From: Octopus sinensis
Lineage: Eukaryota
Reading direction: 5' to 3'
DNA length: 64,000 nt
Assembly (NCBI RefSeq): GCF_006345805.1
Contig: NC_043012.1
Span: 25,420,001-25,484,000 of the forward strand
Below the pieces are notes generated by a model. It saw only the letters and a list, made by a program, of their open reading frames with translations. It was not told the DNA's origin and searched no databases. Both the position numbers and the translations under genes were made by a program. How positions within the stretch are numbered: the stretch's first letter is position 1; every line of letters begins with the position of its first letter. Positions 37,982-51,359 of the stretch are shown here, one piece after another.

Positions 37982-38640
37982 TGAATGAAAAATATTAAAA
38001 GAAAATTTATTCAAGGAAGTATACATGACAGAGCTCTAGACATAAATCAATACGTTTACATATACTTCATCAAATATACGGAGGTATTTGACAGAGTAAA
38101 TCAATTCGAGTTGACTGAATATCCGTTGTAGCATGGCATATATGAAAAGCACTTGTAAATATTAAAATAAAATATATGGGAATCAAACAAAATTTGATGG
38201 AAGTAAACATGTAAGTGCTTCAGAGTTGAAAATTAAGAATCCAGGCAAAGTTCTATGCTATCCGCAATCTTATTTAATATCAGAGAAGTAGAATCAAATA
38301 TGAACTTCAACAGCCATTGAAATGCAGACGATACCCCTTATTCAGTTTCAACACAGTTTACCAGCTGTAGTTTGTGACTAAGGCAAAAGGCAATGAAATA
38401 GTTTAGGCAATGAGAATGAATATAAAGTAGAATCATTCAACGGTAGTCAGTAAGAAATATCAGTGACAAAATATATTACATTTCCGGTGAAAGCCAAGTG
38501 AATAAACTTGACTGTTCCAAGATATTATACCTGGAACTGAAACATTAAGTATACTGGAAATATGAATAAGAGATCATAAAAAAATTGAAACGGCGAGAAA
38601 TTCATTTGAAAAAATATATTGGCAGAATGTTTAAAGAGCA

Positions 38641-38780
38641 GGCGTGGATGAGTGGTAAAAAGCTTGCTTTCCAACAACATGATTCATAGTTCAGCCTTAC
38701 AGCGTACCTTCTGCTATAGCCTCGGACCGACCAAAGAGTTCTGAGTGGATTTGGTAGACGAAAACTGAAAGAAGCCTGTC
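38641..38780 (+). mobile_element. SINE family A 5' module
   Basis: GTGGATTTGGTAGACGAAAACTGAAAGAAGCC. Confidence 0.85.
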
Positions 38781-38910
38781 TTATATATAACATTTATATA
38801 TATATAAAACCAATATAACACAAGTTTTCTGTAGTTTTTTTACTCTATTTTGTCTTTTATATATATATATTTGCTTTGCAAGATTATATGAGTTCGTGTG
38901 TTGAAGCATA

Positions 38911-39157
38911 TTCTGTTGTGTCTGAGGAGTGTCATTTTTTTTTGTGTGCCTTATAATGTAACACACTCACCGGTAAAATTTCCCCTTATTTCTTATTTTT
39001 ATTTTCCTAAAATTTTTGTTGCGTCTTGCCACTCAAGACTATTGAAAAGGTTGCAAAAAGCAACGCAAATTTTAGGAAAATAAAAATAAGTGGAAATTTT
39101 ACCGGTGTGTTACATTATAAGGCACAAAAAGAAAATGACTCTCCCCAGACAAAACAG
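38911..39157. mobile_element. TA-flanked foldback MITE (about 110-bp arms)
   Basis: GTGCCTTATAATGTAACAC...ACCGGTAAAATTTCC...TTTTCCTAAAATTT is mirrored by AAATTTTAGGAAAA...GGAAATTTTACCGGTGTGTTACATTATAAGGCAC. Confidence 0.85.
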
Positions 39158-39256
<99 letters not shown>

Positions 39257-39934
39257 CCGTCTTTGCGTTTATCGTGTCACTACTTGATAAATAGTACAGA
39301 TTTGTTAGCATCATTGTAATTTATGCGTTCAGCAAAAGAAACAAATAGAATCCGTACCACACTTAAAAAGTATAAATAGCTGGGTCGGTTCGTTCGATCG
39401 TAAACTCTTCAAGACTCTGCCCTTGCATGAGCAGAGCTCAATGAATGACGCAAGTAAAGAAACCTTAGTATCACAATCATAAAAGAAAGTGTTTAAGCGA
39501 TTTGTTATGCTTCCTCCTTTATGGAGTTGGAAAAGAGACAGTAATAGAAGTACTTTCATAAGCACTTCAGGATTTTCAGATGTGGGCGTATTCAAAACCT
39601 TTCTGAATATGGTGAATAGAAAAATATAACATAAAACCCAAAAGAGATGTAATTACATTGCTACGAAAGAAAATTGTTATTAGACTTTATTTAAGAGACA
39701 AAACGAAAATATTCCTGGCACTTAATTACAAGAAATAACATTCGGAGACTGCTAATGAATGAGAGATGTGGTAGAAGTTAACAAAATTGTTTGAATTAGT
39801 GATGTTAAGGAAAGAGTAAAATTTTAAAATACCGTAATTATAAAAGGACAGTTCAACAGAGATGACGATGTTTGTTTGTCAAATTATAGACGTTGGATGC
39901 ATATATTTTGCATAGTCCTATTCGCTTATCTGTT

Positions 39935-40130
39935 CCTAATAATATATTTCCAATTTTGGCACAAGGCCAGCAATTTCGAGATATCAGTTTCATCGACTTC
40001 ATTATTCGATTGGTATGTATTTCAAGTTGACATCTGCGGCATTTGAACTCATAACACAAAGAGCTGTAATAAATGCCGCGAAGCATTTTGTTCAACGTAG
40101 TAACAGTTCTGCTGATTCGCCGTCACACCG
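39935..40130 (-). mobile_element. Degenerate SINE family B
   Basis: TTTTGGCACAAGGCCAGCAATT tail and GCATTTGAACTC. Confidence 0.7.
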
Positions 40131-40201
40131 TTCTCAATAATATACAGCCAACATAAGAATTCCATTTAGTTACATAATCAGTTAGAAATTGCAGCCAAAT
40201 T

Positions 40202-40851
40202 GGATCTTTTCCTTTTGAACGGCAGTTTGTAACATAATTTCTAGGTAACTAAAAAGTTTTAAACTTCGTATACTGGTAGAATGTGTTTATAAAACATCAT
40301 TTTCTCTCGGTTTTATTGAGAAAATTCTATAGTTTGTAAGAAAATCCGAGCATTTCGGCAATTTTAACCAATCGATAACCTCCATTCAACTAAAATCATT
40401 TGCTGCGTCTAAAACTGAGACAACATCCTGTCACTAACCCTAAACCTCCCCCCTAACCCTAACCCATACGGAAAGCGTATGTATAAAATTACAGAATTAT
40501 TTTGTTTGTTAATTGTTTAATTATTTTCCATTGCTTTAGTTTTTTTTACACGCGTAACAATTAAATTAATTTAACAATTAAAAAAAAAAATTAGGGTTAG
40601 GGTTAGGATTAGGAGGTAGGTTTAGAGTTAGTTACAGGATGATGTCTCAGTTTTAGACGCAGCAAGTGATTTTAGCTCAAAAGAGAACATAGGATTGGTT
40701 AAAATTCGAAAAATTAAACTACGTTAAACAAACAAATTACAATTTTCTCAAGAAAGCCAAGAGAAAAAAATGTTTTATTTTGACACAGTATACGAAGTTT
40801 TAAAGTGTTTAGTTAACTAGAAATTTTCTGCCGTTCAAAAGGAAAATATCC
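40202..40851. mobile_element. Long-TIR MITE (MULE-like) with internal telomere-like repeats
   Basis: About 250-bp imperfect TIRs GGAT..TTTTCCTTTTGAACGGCAG and CTGCCGTTCAAAAGGAAAATATCC. Flanks are GCCAAATT and GCCAAATG. Inner ends carry CCCTAA and TTAGGG units. Confidence 0.85.
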
Positions 40852-41206
40852 GCCAAATGTTCTCTGCACTCACACTATTATTTTCGTGTAGAAAATCTCT
40901 GAGGATAAAGTGGCACTGAATACACGGTCAGGAAAACCAATGCGCCTTCTGTGCTGGATTAATTTTAACTCTAGAATTTGCTGTCATTCATAACTAACTC
41001 GAGGCTACACAAAACTCAACGGCGACTCCAGCATATAATATGTGTTGTGTGGACACCCCAAGACGATGAAGTAGTCTAGCCTAATATAGAGGGAGAAGTC
41101 TAGACATCAGGGCAGCAGTCGGAGGAGTCCAGTTGAGTAGTAGAGGCATCCGAACGTGCGACATAACAATATTGTTCTTGTTGCTTTTTTTTTTGTCCTC
41201 TTGAAA

Positions 41207-41456
41207 CAGTAGTTCTCAACCGGAGCCCATATGAACCTTGGGTGTCCATATAAGATTCTGTTGTTAACATTGATATCCAATAAAATGGATACACTTCTAC
41301 AACACAAAAAAATATTTAAGTACTTCCGCATAGAATTCCGAATAACATTTAATCATAAAGATATAATAGTTCTTAGACATCGAGTGGATATGAAACACCC
41401 CCACGAGTAAAATAGGAATCAAACGGCTCTTTGATAAAAGATGGTGGGAACCACTG
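41207..41456. mobile_element. hAT-like MITE
   Basis: Termini CAGTAGTTCTCAACC and GGTGGGAACCACTG. No clean TSD. Confidence 0.7.
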
Positions 41457-42197
41457 CGTTAAACTATGATTCATCCAACCAATGTAGAAACTAACCTAAA
41501 AAGCAGAAAAAACAAAAGCAAACACTCCAGTCGTGACAAACTCATCATGTTAGCAGCAATTAGTGCAGCCAGGACTACATTTTATTTAATGTGTTCTTGC
41601 TACTCCTAACAGGCTTGCATAGAAGCCTCATCAATGTTTTCAATAATAAATTGTGCTTTGGTCAGATAAAAGAGATCAGAATGTATTCTAAATGTTAATT
41701 ATAAGGAATCACTACTTTTATCTTCGCCACGATTTTTGGATCAGAGACTAATAAAACAACAACAACAACGAAGACCACAACATCATAATGTAATACTTTT
41801 CTTTTGCTATTAACACAATTATATCTGTTAAGAGAGAGACAGAGAGAGAGAGAGAGAGGAAACCAAATAAGCAAACAAAATAATAGGAGGTCATCGAACT
41901 GGTTTACATCAGGGGATTACCACTTATAATTGTCAATTAGGCGAAGAAAAAGCCGAGTAGTTACTCGTAGGACAAAATGATTTGCAGTACTAGTTCTTGT
42001 TCATTGTGCACTGTGTTCGAATCCTGCTGAAGCCAACGTTGCTCGTCGTTTTCACATGGGTTGATTAAATAATACTGTGTAAAACGATTTTTTGATCTTC
42101 GTAATCAACTTATTTTCTATTCGTTTACCCCTGGAAAGTAAGACAAATTGCTAATATTTCCTTCAAAATTTTCTGTTGTTACATATATTCGGATCTC

Positions 42198-42400
42198 AAA
42201 GAATCCCACTCGACACATGGCTATGATGCTCCTACGCTACAACTCGTGTTTACCGATGTACATATTATCAGCCACAAAAAGACATACTTAAGCAGTGATG
42301 AAGACCAAGCAACTGACCAAATTGTGTGGTATTGAGCAGAATATTTGCTATAACGATAATTCTGGTTCAGCAACTCAGCGCTGAATCTATCTGGAAGGTT
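42198..42400 (+). mobile_element. Family D repeat fragment
   Basis: Reverse-complement match to about 4985-5135. Confidence 0.75.
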
Positions 42401-42559
42401 ATAGAAAATAGGTCACTTTCCAACACATTGATGTCCAGATCACAAAAGCAAAGTTTGAAGGGAATAGTAGTCATTTCCTTTGATTTTAGATAGAAGTAAA
42501 TAGGAAATATCACTTACATCACAAAGACAAAAAAAAATTAAAATTTTGTTACCCGATGT

Positions 42560-42810
42560 AATGTTCAGACCGTTTCATCAGGCATTCTACGGGATATATT
42601 GTGATATTTACTCTGTCTCTTTGCATCGTAATTCTAGGGTGATGAAAACCTTCTGCCACCTAGTTTCACATCGCCACCTGCATCCTATCGTTGGACGCAT
42701 TAACTGAAGTCTAGTGGGTTTTATTTCATTTTCCTTTTCAAGCATTGAAGTGCGGCCCCATTCTAGTGCACGACCTTGCAAACGTTTGTCGAATAAGTCG
42801 GTCATAGTAT
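42560..42810 (-). mobile_element. Possible Penelope-like 3' relic
   Basis: GRALEWGRTSMLEKE resembles the GIY-YIG C-terminus, followed by CCTGATGAAACGG. Confidence 0.35.
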
Positions 42811-43689
42811 TTACTTACTTTTCTTGAGGTTTGGTGGCCGTCGCTTAAAGTCTTCTAGCTGTCGCATAAAATCTTCTAACCATTGTTTAAAGTCTCCTAA
42901 CCATCGATTAAGGTCTAAAAGCTAATTTACAAGAACGTAAACAGGCCCTCGCATTTTGTCAAGCCGTGTTTGTGACATGCATTAATAAAAAGAAAAAAAA
43001 ACAAACACATACATATACGTCTGCGAAATTCACTCTCAAGTGATCTTTGCAGGACATTCACTCAAGGTGCCACGCAGATGTACTGAACCCGAAATCACAC
43101 TGTTTTAAAGCGAGTCTCTTAAGTATACAATCATGCATGCAAGCAATTAGTACAGGTTTTAAGCGTGAGTTTAAAATTCTTCATTTCCTTCAACCCATAT
43201 CCATGGTTCTTCCATTTTCCGTATAACACATTCACACAAACACACATACGTACATACATACATACATACATTCATACATATATACACACATAGATACTTT
43301 TGGGCTTTAATGAATTAAAAAAGCAATTTTTACAATGAAGAAGCCATAGACTCTCATAATAAAAAAAGATTAATTGTGGAATGTCCCAGTGAAAGCTTCA
43401 ATAAAATGTAAACACAATATACCTGATATAATGTATCTGTAGTTATTGGGATACTGGGATATGTAACACACTGCCTAAACAACAGTCTTGTGAAATTAGG
43501 CTACTCAAAACTAGAGAGGAGAAAGCTGTTTCGAAGAGTACAGATCAAATCTATGACTTGAACTGTAAAAATCTGTAAAACTTACCAGAAGTTTATTATT
43601 TAAGTATATATGAGCATGTCCAGATCTGCAAGTATATGCATGAGAAGATATACATAAAACAAAACATACAAATATGCCCGCATACATAT

Positions 43690-43900
43690 ATACATACATG
43701 CAAAAATAGCCTGTTGTTGGTGTTGAAATTCCAGTAAAGGAGACTTGGATCTAGGTTAGAAACCGGTTCTTTCTCTATTGGCAAGAAGTCGTGAAATAAA
43801 ACTGAATAATTACATACATACATGCATGCATGCATACATACATGCATACATACATACATGCGTACATACATACATACATACATACATACATACATACAAT
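43690..43900 (+). repeat. Short repeat unit with a (CATA)n tail
   Basis: GGATCTAGGTTAGAAACCGG...AAAACTGAATAATTAC followed by (CATA/CATG)n. Confidence 0.5.
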
Positions 43901-44915
43901 TTGGGGTCTTAAGGAGTTGAAAACGCTATTTTGACATTGAAGAAAATCAGCAAAAAAAGAAAAAAAACGCGAATGTAAAAGAAGGAATGGTTAAAACCAA
44001 AAATGTCTGCGAGCTGAGATGAATCAGCAAATATTAGAACTATAAATGTCACATTATCATGAGTTGAAACATGTTTTGATAGAGAGGCAGAGGCCAAATA
44101 TTAGGGGATATAATTAACAGTAGCGATGGCAATTCTGAAAAATAACGAAGGAGGATGATGATTGATTAGAAGAAGGACACATTTAAAATTGATCAACAGG
44201 GACATTGAAAATTTTGAAAGTTATCCACGGCCTCCATCGTTTTTTCAATTCCATAGCAATTATGTGGTTTGTTTGCTTTGATAGCTTTTTGCACCAGAAG
44301 GCGTCTATCACTTTCTCCATTGCTTAGTTATGATTATTTTCATTTCCTCATCCCACTTGTATTTTGTGTTTCCCTCATCTCTTCGTCGTTTATTATTCAT
44401 TTCATTCTTTCCTCAGTCTCTCGTCTTCTACTCTATTTTTATTTCCTCTTTTTTTTCTTCACTGCTCTCGAGATGTTGAGTATTAGAAGGAAAACATTAA
44501 TATACCTTTCACTACCAAAGTGAGTGATTTGAAATGAATTAGGATGCTCCACTCCATGTCTAGCGGTTTAAGTGAACATATAAAACCTTTTTTGTAGAGT
44601 CGGTCACCTGCATTGTATTTACTGCTTGTCATGTGCTGCTACGGTTAATGAAAGAAAACAGCGTCTTTTTTTCCTACTCATCTCTGACAGCTTCTTTAAT
44701 CATTAGCGATAGATAACAAAAGATTTCAGGTATTATTGTAGCACGAAGTCATGTAATGTAATCTGTATTCCTTGCAGTTGTTGGCCTGTGGCCATGCTTG
44801 GCCAGCACCTGAAGAGTTTTGCTTCACAAATCGATCCCACTGTTTTAAACGTCGCATTTATTCTACCTGTCTCTTTTCTTGGACCAAATAAGAAACACAA
44901 ACACTACTCTCCATG

Positions 44916-44946
<31 letters not shown>

Positions 44947-45944
44947 TATATATATATAAACTTCGAATTCAGGTCGCTCTTGTAAAATTATGGCTACAGC
45001 TCATGAGCTGAAACTAGAATCAATCAATCAATCATATACTCTACAAACAAGTATTGAGTAATTATTCAGTTTAATGTTAAATAGCTATTTAATTTACTTA
45101 ACATTGAAACAAATATTAGGGTATATACATGCATATATATATATATACATTATATATATATATACACGCACATATAACATATATACATATATATGTATGT
45201 ATGAATGTGTGAACTTCTACTTTTCCGGCTACAAAATACATCCTCTCGGATATGGGCTACAGCAAAATACAATTGCCAAATATACCATTCAGTGGGATTG
45301 AACCTGAAACAACGTGACTGTGAAGCAAACTTCTCGAACACATAGCCATGCCCGAGCTTGGAGTTTTTCCGATGCTGAATAATTTCTCGAATTTTAAGTC
45401 TTTGTATTTGCAGGGATCTTAGGTTAGAGTTAGGGGTAGGGTTAGGGTTCAATGGAATATAATATTTGCAGAGTCGTATTATTTGTTGCGATACTCTCTG
45501 CTCTAATTCCACATCCTGCCAAAACTGTCACTATTGCATTTCATCCTTTTGAGAGTTCAAAAATGTATCAATCCACGCCAGTAAAATGGCGAAAGTGGTA
45601 GAGTGTCCGACAAGATGCCTTGCAGGAAGTACTCTGGTCTTGAACAGCATGAATTGCAAACCGTACTATCTCTGAAAAATAAAAAAAATAACAAGCCTTG
45701 ATGACTTGTTTGTAACACATACATAAGGATAGTGGTACTGTGCTGGAAGTATTAGTCGAATAACTCAGTTCCAGTACCTGACTGGTAGGTTTCTTTATCG
45801 GCTCCCGAAGTATAAGCGGTATAGTTGACTTGGGCAGGATTTGAACACAGAACGTAAAGAGCTGGAATATATACCACAATTCAGTTTCTCGAACGTTCTG
45901 ATGATCCTGCTAAATTATCACACTTACCAAGTATAATTGCAATG

Positions 45945-46210
45945 TGCATCGTTAAAGCAAGTACTGTCTCGTCTCCTTGTCCTCAAAGGGGCGGTTTTCC
46001 GGTTTGTTTGTCGTGTATGTGGCTGATATCAAAGCAGCCTCATCTGAACTGGAAACCAGTTCGTTACAGGGTCACTAATTTACAGGGGAGTGGACTGCAG
46101 CAACAAGAAACTAAGTATTTTGTCCGAGAATACAATGTCGTCGAATCTGTAAATTGAACCCGTGATCTTGTGATTGTGTGCAGCATTCTCACCGTTAGAC
46201 AACGCACGTT
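45945..46210 (-). mobile_element. Degenerate tRNA-derived SINE
   Basis: TTGAACCCGTGATC B-box on the minus strand. Organisation is similar to 57040. Confidence 0.55.
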
Positions 46211-47077
46211 CACGTACTTCATTATAGTACATGCTATAGGCCAAGAAATGCACTATTTAAATCAGACAGTCTTAGGTATGGAAAGAGATGCGCCACTGTG
46301 ACGAGATTCTAATACTAAAGAGACAATTACAATAAATATCCTTTCACAATATGTAATTTCATATGGATAAATATTTTTTTTAAAAAAAGCATTAACATTA
46401 AAGACAATAAGAAACATGAATTATTTATATAATTTTAGTTTTTCCTGTGATATTGCATCACCTAATTAGTGTTACAGTGTTCTTCACGCTAATTCTTGGA
46501 ATATATGTTACATTCATTCGGATTTAAAGCACAGATATTTAAACACGAATCTTTTGGCAATTACAATAACATGCTAACAAACCGGAGAAAATAAAACAAC
46601 AATAAAACATCTGAATGATTACATAAAAAAAATTACCGTTAAAAACATCAAGTAAACATGTATAAAAATCGTTATTTAAAACCAGAAACATCCATATATA
46701 ATGTAATACACGGATATTGAGTTGCGTGAAGACTAATAAATTACATGACGTAAATGTTGAAACAATTGTCTCGAGATATGCGGGAATGTATGTTGATTTA
46801 ATGGTTTTCTTTTCTTTTCTTTTAACGTTCGTATTAAGTCGTTTTTTTCTGTGTTATCTTAATTTATATTATTAATGTTTTTCTAGTTTGAATATGATAC
46901 TGAAGAGAATAATTCCTGATCACGAATCTGTGTTTTGAAGAATTTTTGAAGGAAATATTTTGCGTGATAAAAACTGATTACGTTAAAATCAACCTAGATC
47001 TCATTAAGAGCAAGAACAACCGCAACAACAATATACACATTACTATTATTATTATTATAATTATCATCATCATTATC

Positions 47078-47110
<33 letters not shown>

Positions 47111-47370
47111 GGGACAATTTAGGTGTAGTATCAAATGAAGAGGAGATATTAAATTAGCAATAGTATGGATTAAATTCTGATGAAATATGAAAGTGATGTT
47201 GAGTTTGCTTGGATGTTGTCGAAACAACATAACTCTGTTCTGACCGAAAAAATAAAAGACGAATCAGTAATCCATAATCAGAGCACTACTCTCTGTGGGT
47301 TATTGTCAGTATCACAATACACACACAATATACACGCACGCATATATATATATATATATATATGTATATA

Positions 47371-47774
47371 GGCGCAGGAGTGGCTGTGTGGTAAGTAGCT
47401 TGCTTACCAACCACATGGTTCCGGGTTCAGTCCCGCTGTGTGGCATCTTGGGCAAGTGTCTTCTACTATAGCCTCGGGGCGACCAAAGCCTTGCGAGTGG
47501 ATTTGGTAGACGGAAACTGAAAGAAGCCCGTCGTAAATATGTATATATATGTATATGTGTGTGTGTGTTTGTGTGTCTCTGTTTGTCCCCCTAGCATTGC
47601 TTGACAACCGATGCTGGTGTGTTTACGTCCCCGTCACTTAGCGGTTCGGAAAAGAGACCGATAAAATAAGTACTGGGCTTACAAAGAGTAAGTCCCGTGG
47701 TCGATTTGCTCGACTAAAGGTGGTGCTACTGCATGGCCGCAGTCAAATGACAAACAAGTAAAAGAGTGAAAGAG

Positions 47775-47775
<1 letters not shown>
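47371..47775 (+). mobile_element. SINE family A, full length, flanked by (TA)n
   Basis: Both modules and the internal microsatellite are present. Confidence 0.95.
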
Positions 47776-47815
<40 letters not shown>

Positions 47816-48967
47816 TGGATATCTGCTTGGTTACAGTTGAGTATATATGTATATATATATAAATATATATGTGTGCGTGGAGAGAGAGAGGGAGAGAGCG
47901 AACGTGAAATTGTCACCACTCCTCTCATTTTGTTTCTTTCCTGTAGATCCGAGTACAGACTTAGAATCTTTATAGTCTCATTAATTTTGACTCACCAAAC
48001 AACCAGCTTGAAAATTTGGCAGACATTCCGCCTCAGGCGATGTGCAAATTCTAATTTTTGAAATGTTTACTAAAATAAACGCTGCTCAACCGAACACAAC
48101 AACACTGTATTGTCAGGTTCGAATTTGCAATACTATGACGGCAGGGGCCGACGTGACTTGTTGGGCTTTATGAGTAGATTTGTTAGAGAAAAACCGAAAG
48201 AAACTCGTAGTATATATATATATATATATATATATATACTTACATACATACATATATATATATATTTATATATATATATACTTACATACATACATATATA
48301 TATATATTTATATATATATATATATACTTACATACATACATATATATATATTTATACTTACATACATATATATATATATTTATATATATGTGTGTGTGTG
48401 TTTGTGTAATTAATAATAATAATAAAGGGTAAAATTACATAATGAATTAATAATTAATAATTTTATCAAGTAGTTCGGTGTGTTAAAAGAACCATTATTG
48501 GTAAACTTAAACAAATGTTTTTGTAATTATGAGTATAATTATAATTAGGATCCAGGAAAAAATTTGCTTCACTACATACCGAAATTTAGAAATAGCAGTA
48601 AAAACTAGCTATTTCTCTACCTTAAGAAAATAACCCAGACAACAATACTCAACAACCCACGCAGGCAAAGAGAAACAAAGAATAACCAATCCACCCGGCT
48701 TTGATTAATTGTAGAGGCGTTTCGGAGTTAGATAGATGTGAAAAAATGTAAAAAAACACATTTCTACTCTATGATTCTCACTTTTCAGTATAGTAATTCA
48801 TGATTTTGTATTTGAGAGCACTGTAAAAAGTAAACATACTTATCTGATCAAGCGACATCAGACAACATACATCTAACAACCAGTACTTCCGAATTCAAAC
48901 AGACGAATGAGATCTCGTATTCCCTCTCATATATACCATACTCATAGTTATATAAATTATATATATA

Positions 48968-49006
<39 letters not shown>

Positions 49007-49059
49007 TACACGCACAAATATATGTGAGTGTGCTTGTATGTGTGTTTGTGTTTGCGTGT

Positions 49060-49280
49060 GTGTAGATTTTGTATCTTGTTTAAGTCCTTGTCAACTTTTG
49101 CTGACCGGTAAAATTGTGTTTACGTTTCGGAAACCTAGCAGTGCGGCAAAGGAGATCGATAGAATAGGTACCAGACTTTGAAAGGGAATAAATACTGAAT
49201 CGATTAGTTCGACTAAAATATCACAAGGTGGGTGCCCCAGCATGGTCGCATTGTAATAACAGAAACAAATATAAAGAAAG
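49060..49280 (+). mobile_element. SINE family A second module, degenerate
   Basis: TTTACGTTTCGGAAACCTAGCAGTGCGGCAAAGGAGATCGATAGAATAGGTACC. Confidence 0.7.
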
Positions 49281-49463
49281 AAGACAAAAACTTATGTATA
49301 ATGGTTTCAATTTCGCTTGTGTCATTTCGTTTAGAGACGTAGTCATTTTCCCATCTCCAAGTCTTCATAATTTCAGGCTCGCCAAACAGCCGACATCTAA
49401 ACAATACGGACATATTGATTCGGGCGGTTTGTATTATAAATGCGTTGCTATTTAGAATTTTTA

Positions 49464-49630
49464 GGCGTGGATGTATGGTAAGTACTTTGCTTCCAAAATA
49501 TATAGCTCCGGATTCAGTCTCATTTTGTCGCGTCGCACCTTGGGCAAGTGTCTTCTACTTTAACATCGGGCTGACTACAGATTTGCGAGTGGATTTCATC
49601 GAAGGAAATTGAAAGCGGACCATTGTATAT
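49464..49630 (+). mobile_element. SINE family A 5' module, degenerate
   Basis: CACCTTGGGCAAGTGTCTTCTAC. Confidence 0.75.
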
Positions 49631-49866
49631 AGATGAATAAATAAATAAATGGAGTTGAACAAAGATGTTAATAAAATTCATTTACTTTCAACATATGTTT
49701 CGAAGACAGCATGGTTTTGTTCCAAAGGAATAAACGGTGTAAGATACAATCTTCTCATCAGGAAAGAAAGAGAGCCTCTCTCAACAACAAGACATTATAA
49801 CATTTATGATGGCTTCCTACATTTTCCATGTTAACGGTAAACATAGGATAATTCATTCACCCATCG

Positions 49867-49930
<64 letters not shown>

Positions 49931-50489
49931 ATAAATGATCCAGGGATCGAGGTGTAAGAAGAAAGTTAGCTTCAAGCAATACGTAGTAAATATATAAAAT
50001 AAACAACATTCAAGGAGAATTGTGGCTTATTGAGAAGGAAGGTTGTAGATTTTTTTTCGTATCGAAGAACGATAAGGTTATAAAAAGTTCTTTTTATATT
50101 CCATGGTAGGCGACCAGAATTTCCGGATGTGCGAATATGAATACAAGAGTTACGGAATGGAATAGGAAAGACCAGGGCTACATATGTTACATAGCGAGCG
50201 GGACCTCAGAAATCGTAAAATCCAAGTGAAGTGTATCCCAGCGGCTACTCTTCAGGCCAAGGATATCTTGATCAGATTAAAGGTTACAATGTCGTATGGA
50301 GGTACTTGTTGACGCACAGAAGATTCGATCAGAATGTGTAGAAAGCACATTATGAGAGGAGTATATAAATGTAGGGAGAAATAATTATCCTTGGCCGGAA
50401 GAGTAACCGGTGGCATTCACTTCACTTGGTCTTTAACAATTTAGAGGTTTCGCTCTTTATGAAATATATGTAGCCCGGATTTTTCCTCC

Positions 50490-50624
50490 TCGTCACCGCT
50501 TGACAACAGTTGTCGTTGGGTTTACGTCCCCGTAACTGAGCGGGCTGACAAAAGGTAACTGATCGGGCTGACAAAAGAGTCCGATAGAATAATTACAGGG
50601 GTCGATATAAACACACACACACAT

Positions 50625-50657
<33 letters not shown>

Positions 50658-50870
50658 CGTGTATGTTTGTGTTTTTTTGCTTGTTCCCTCACCGACGCTT
50701 GACAACCGATGTCGGTGCGTTTACGTCCCCGTAACCTATCGGCTCAGCAAAAGAGACCGATAGAATACGTACTAGGCTTAGAAAGATTAAGTCCTCCGAT
50801 TCAACTAAAGGCGGTGCTCCAGCATGGCCGCAGTCAAATGAATACAGCAAGTAAAAGAATACAAGAATAA
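50490..50870 (+). mobile_element. Two consecutive SINE A second-module copies separated by a CA/TA tract
   Basis: CGCTTGACAAC...TTTACGTCCCCGTAAC occurs at about 50498 and 50697. Confidence 0.82.
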
Positions 50871-51355
50871 AAAAAATAACTATACATCAATCCATCCATC
50901 CGTACGTACATACATACATAGATACATACATAGATACATACATACATGCATAGAGGATATGGTGTAATGTATATCTGAAATGCCACTTCATTTTTCTTTT
51001 CCTCGCTTTGTTGAAAGAATGAAGTTCAGCATTTGTTTAGCTCTAGGACATTGTCAACACAGACGCCAATAACACTGTAACAACACTAGCATTAATAGAG
51101 GTCTACGTGGCCACAAGCAGTTGCAGCAACAACCAAATGCACCCTACAATTCTTAAATACACATGCGCGCGCGCAAAATAAATATCTAAATAGATAAACA
51201 TGGAAGCTCATTTTCTCAACAATACATGAAATTGTGTTTGCCAAAATATCGCTGCCGTTTTCGTCGTCGTCGTGTATAGTACGACTGTTGCAGGGCGTTG
51301 ACGACTCTACAACGAAAATGTTCCGGACTAAGCGTGAGTTCTGCAATCAGATTAA

Positions 51356-51359
<4 letters not shown>

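Larger units (their letters stand above)
36150..38620 (+). mobile_element. Old, nearly complete RTE-clade LINE ORF relic (APE + RT), interrupted by SINEs
   Basis: Motifs in the correct order: RNQIDYI (36555), WMT.EIL, ELRAINLMCH, YIYFIKYTEVFDRVN (38087), RQSSMLSAILFN (about 38243), ADDT (38324), KKIETARNSFEK. Confidence 0.75.

Noticed and set aside
39329-39595. 88-aa minus ORF with a signal-peptide-like MKVLLLLSLF
   Set aside because: No recognisable family, weak splice or termination signals, and the length is within chance expectation.
45420-45448. TTAGGG-like run as a telomere remnant
   Set aside because: Only 4-5 degenerate units; probably a fragment of a MITE like the one at 40202.
47996-48075. 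Strong minus donor TTTG|GTGAGT with two possible acceptors
   Set aside because: The frame is ambiguous, and one frame resembles a Tc1 transposase relic.
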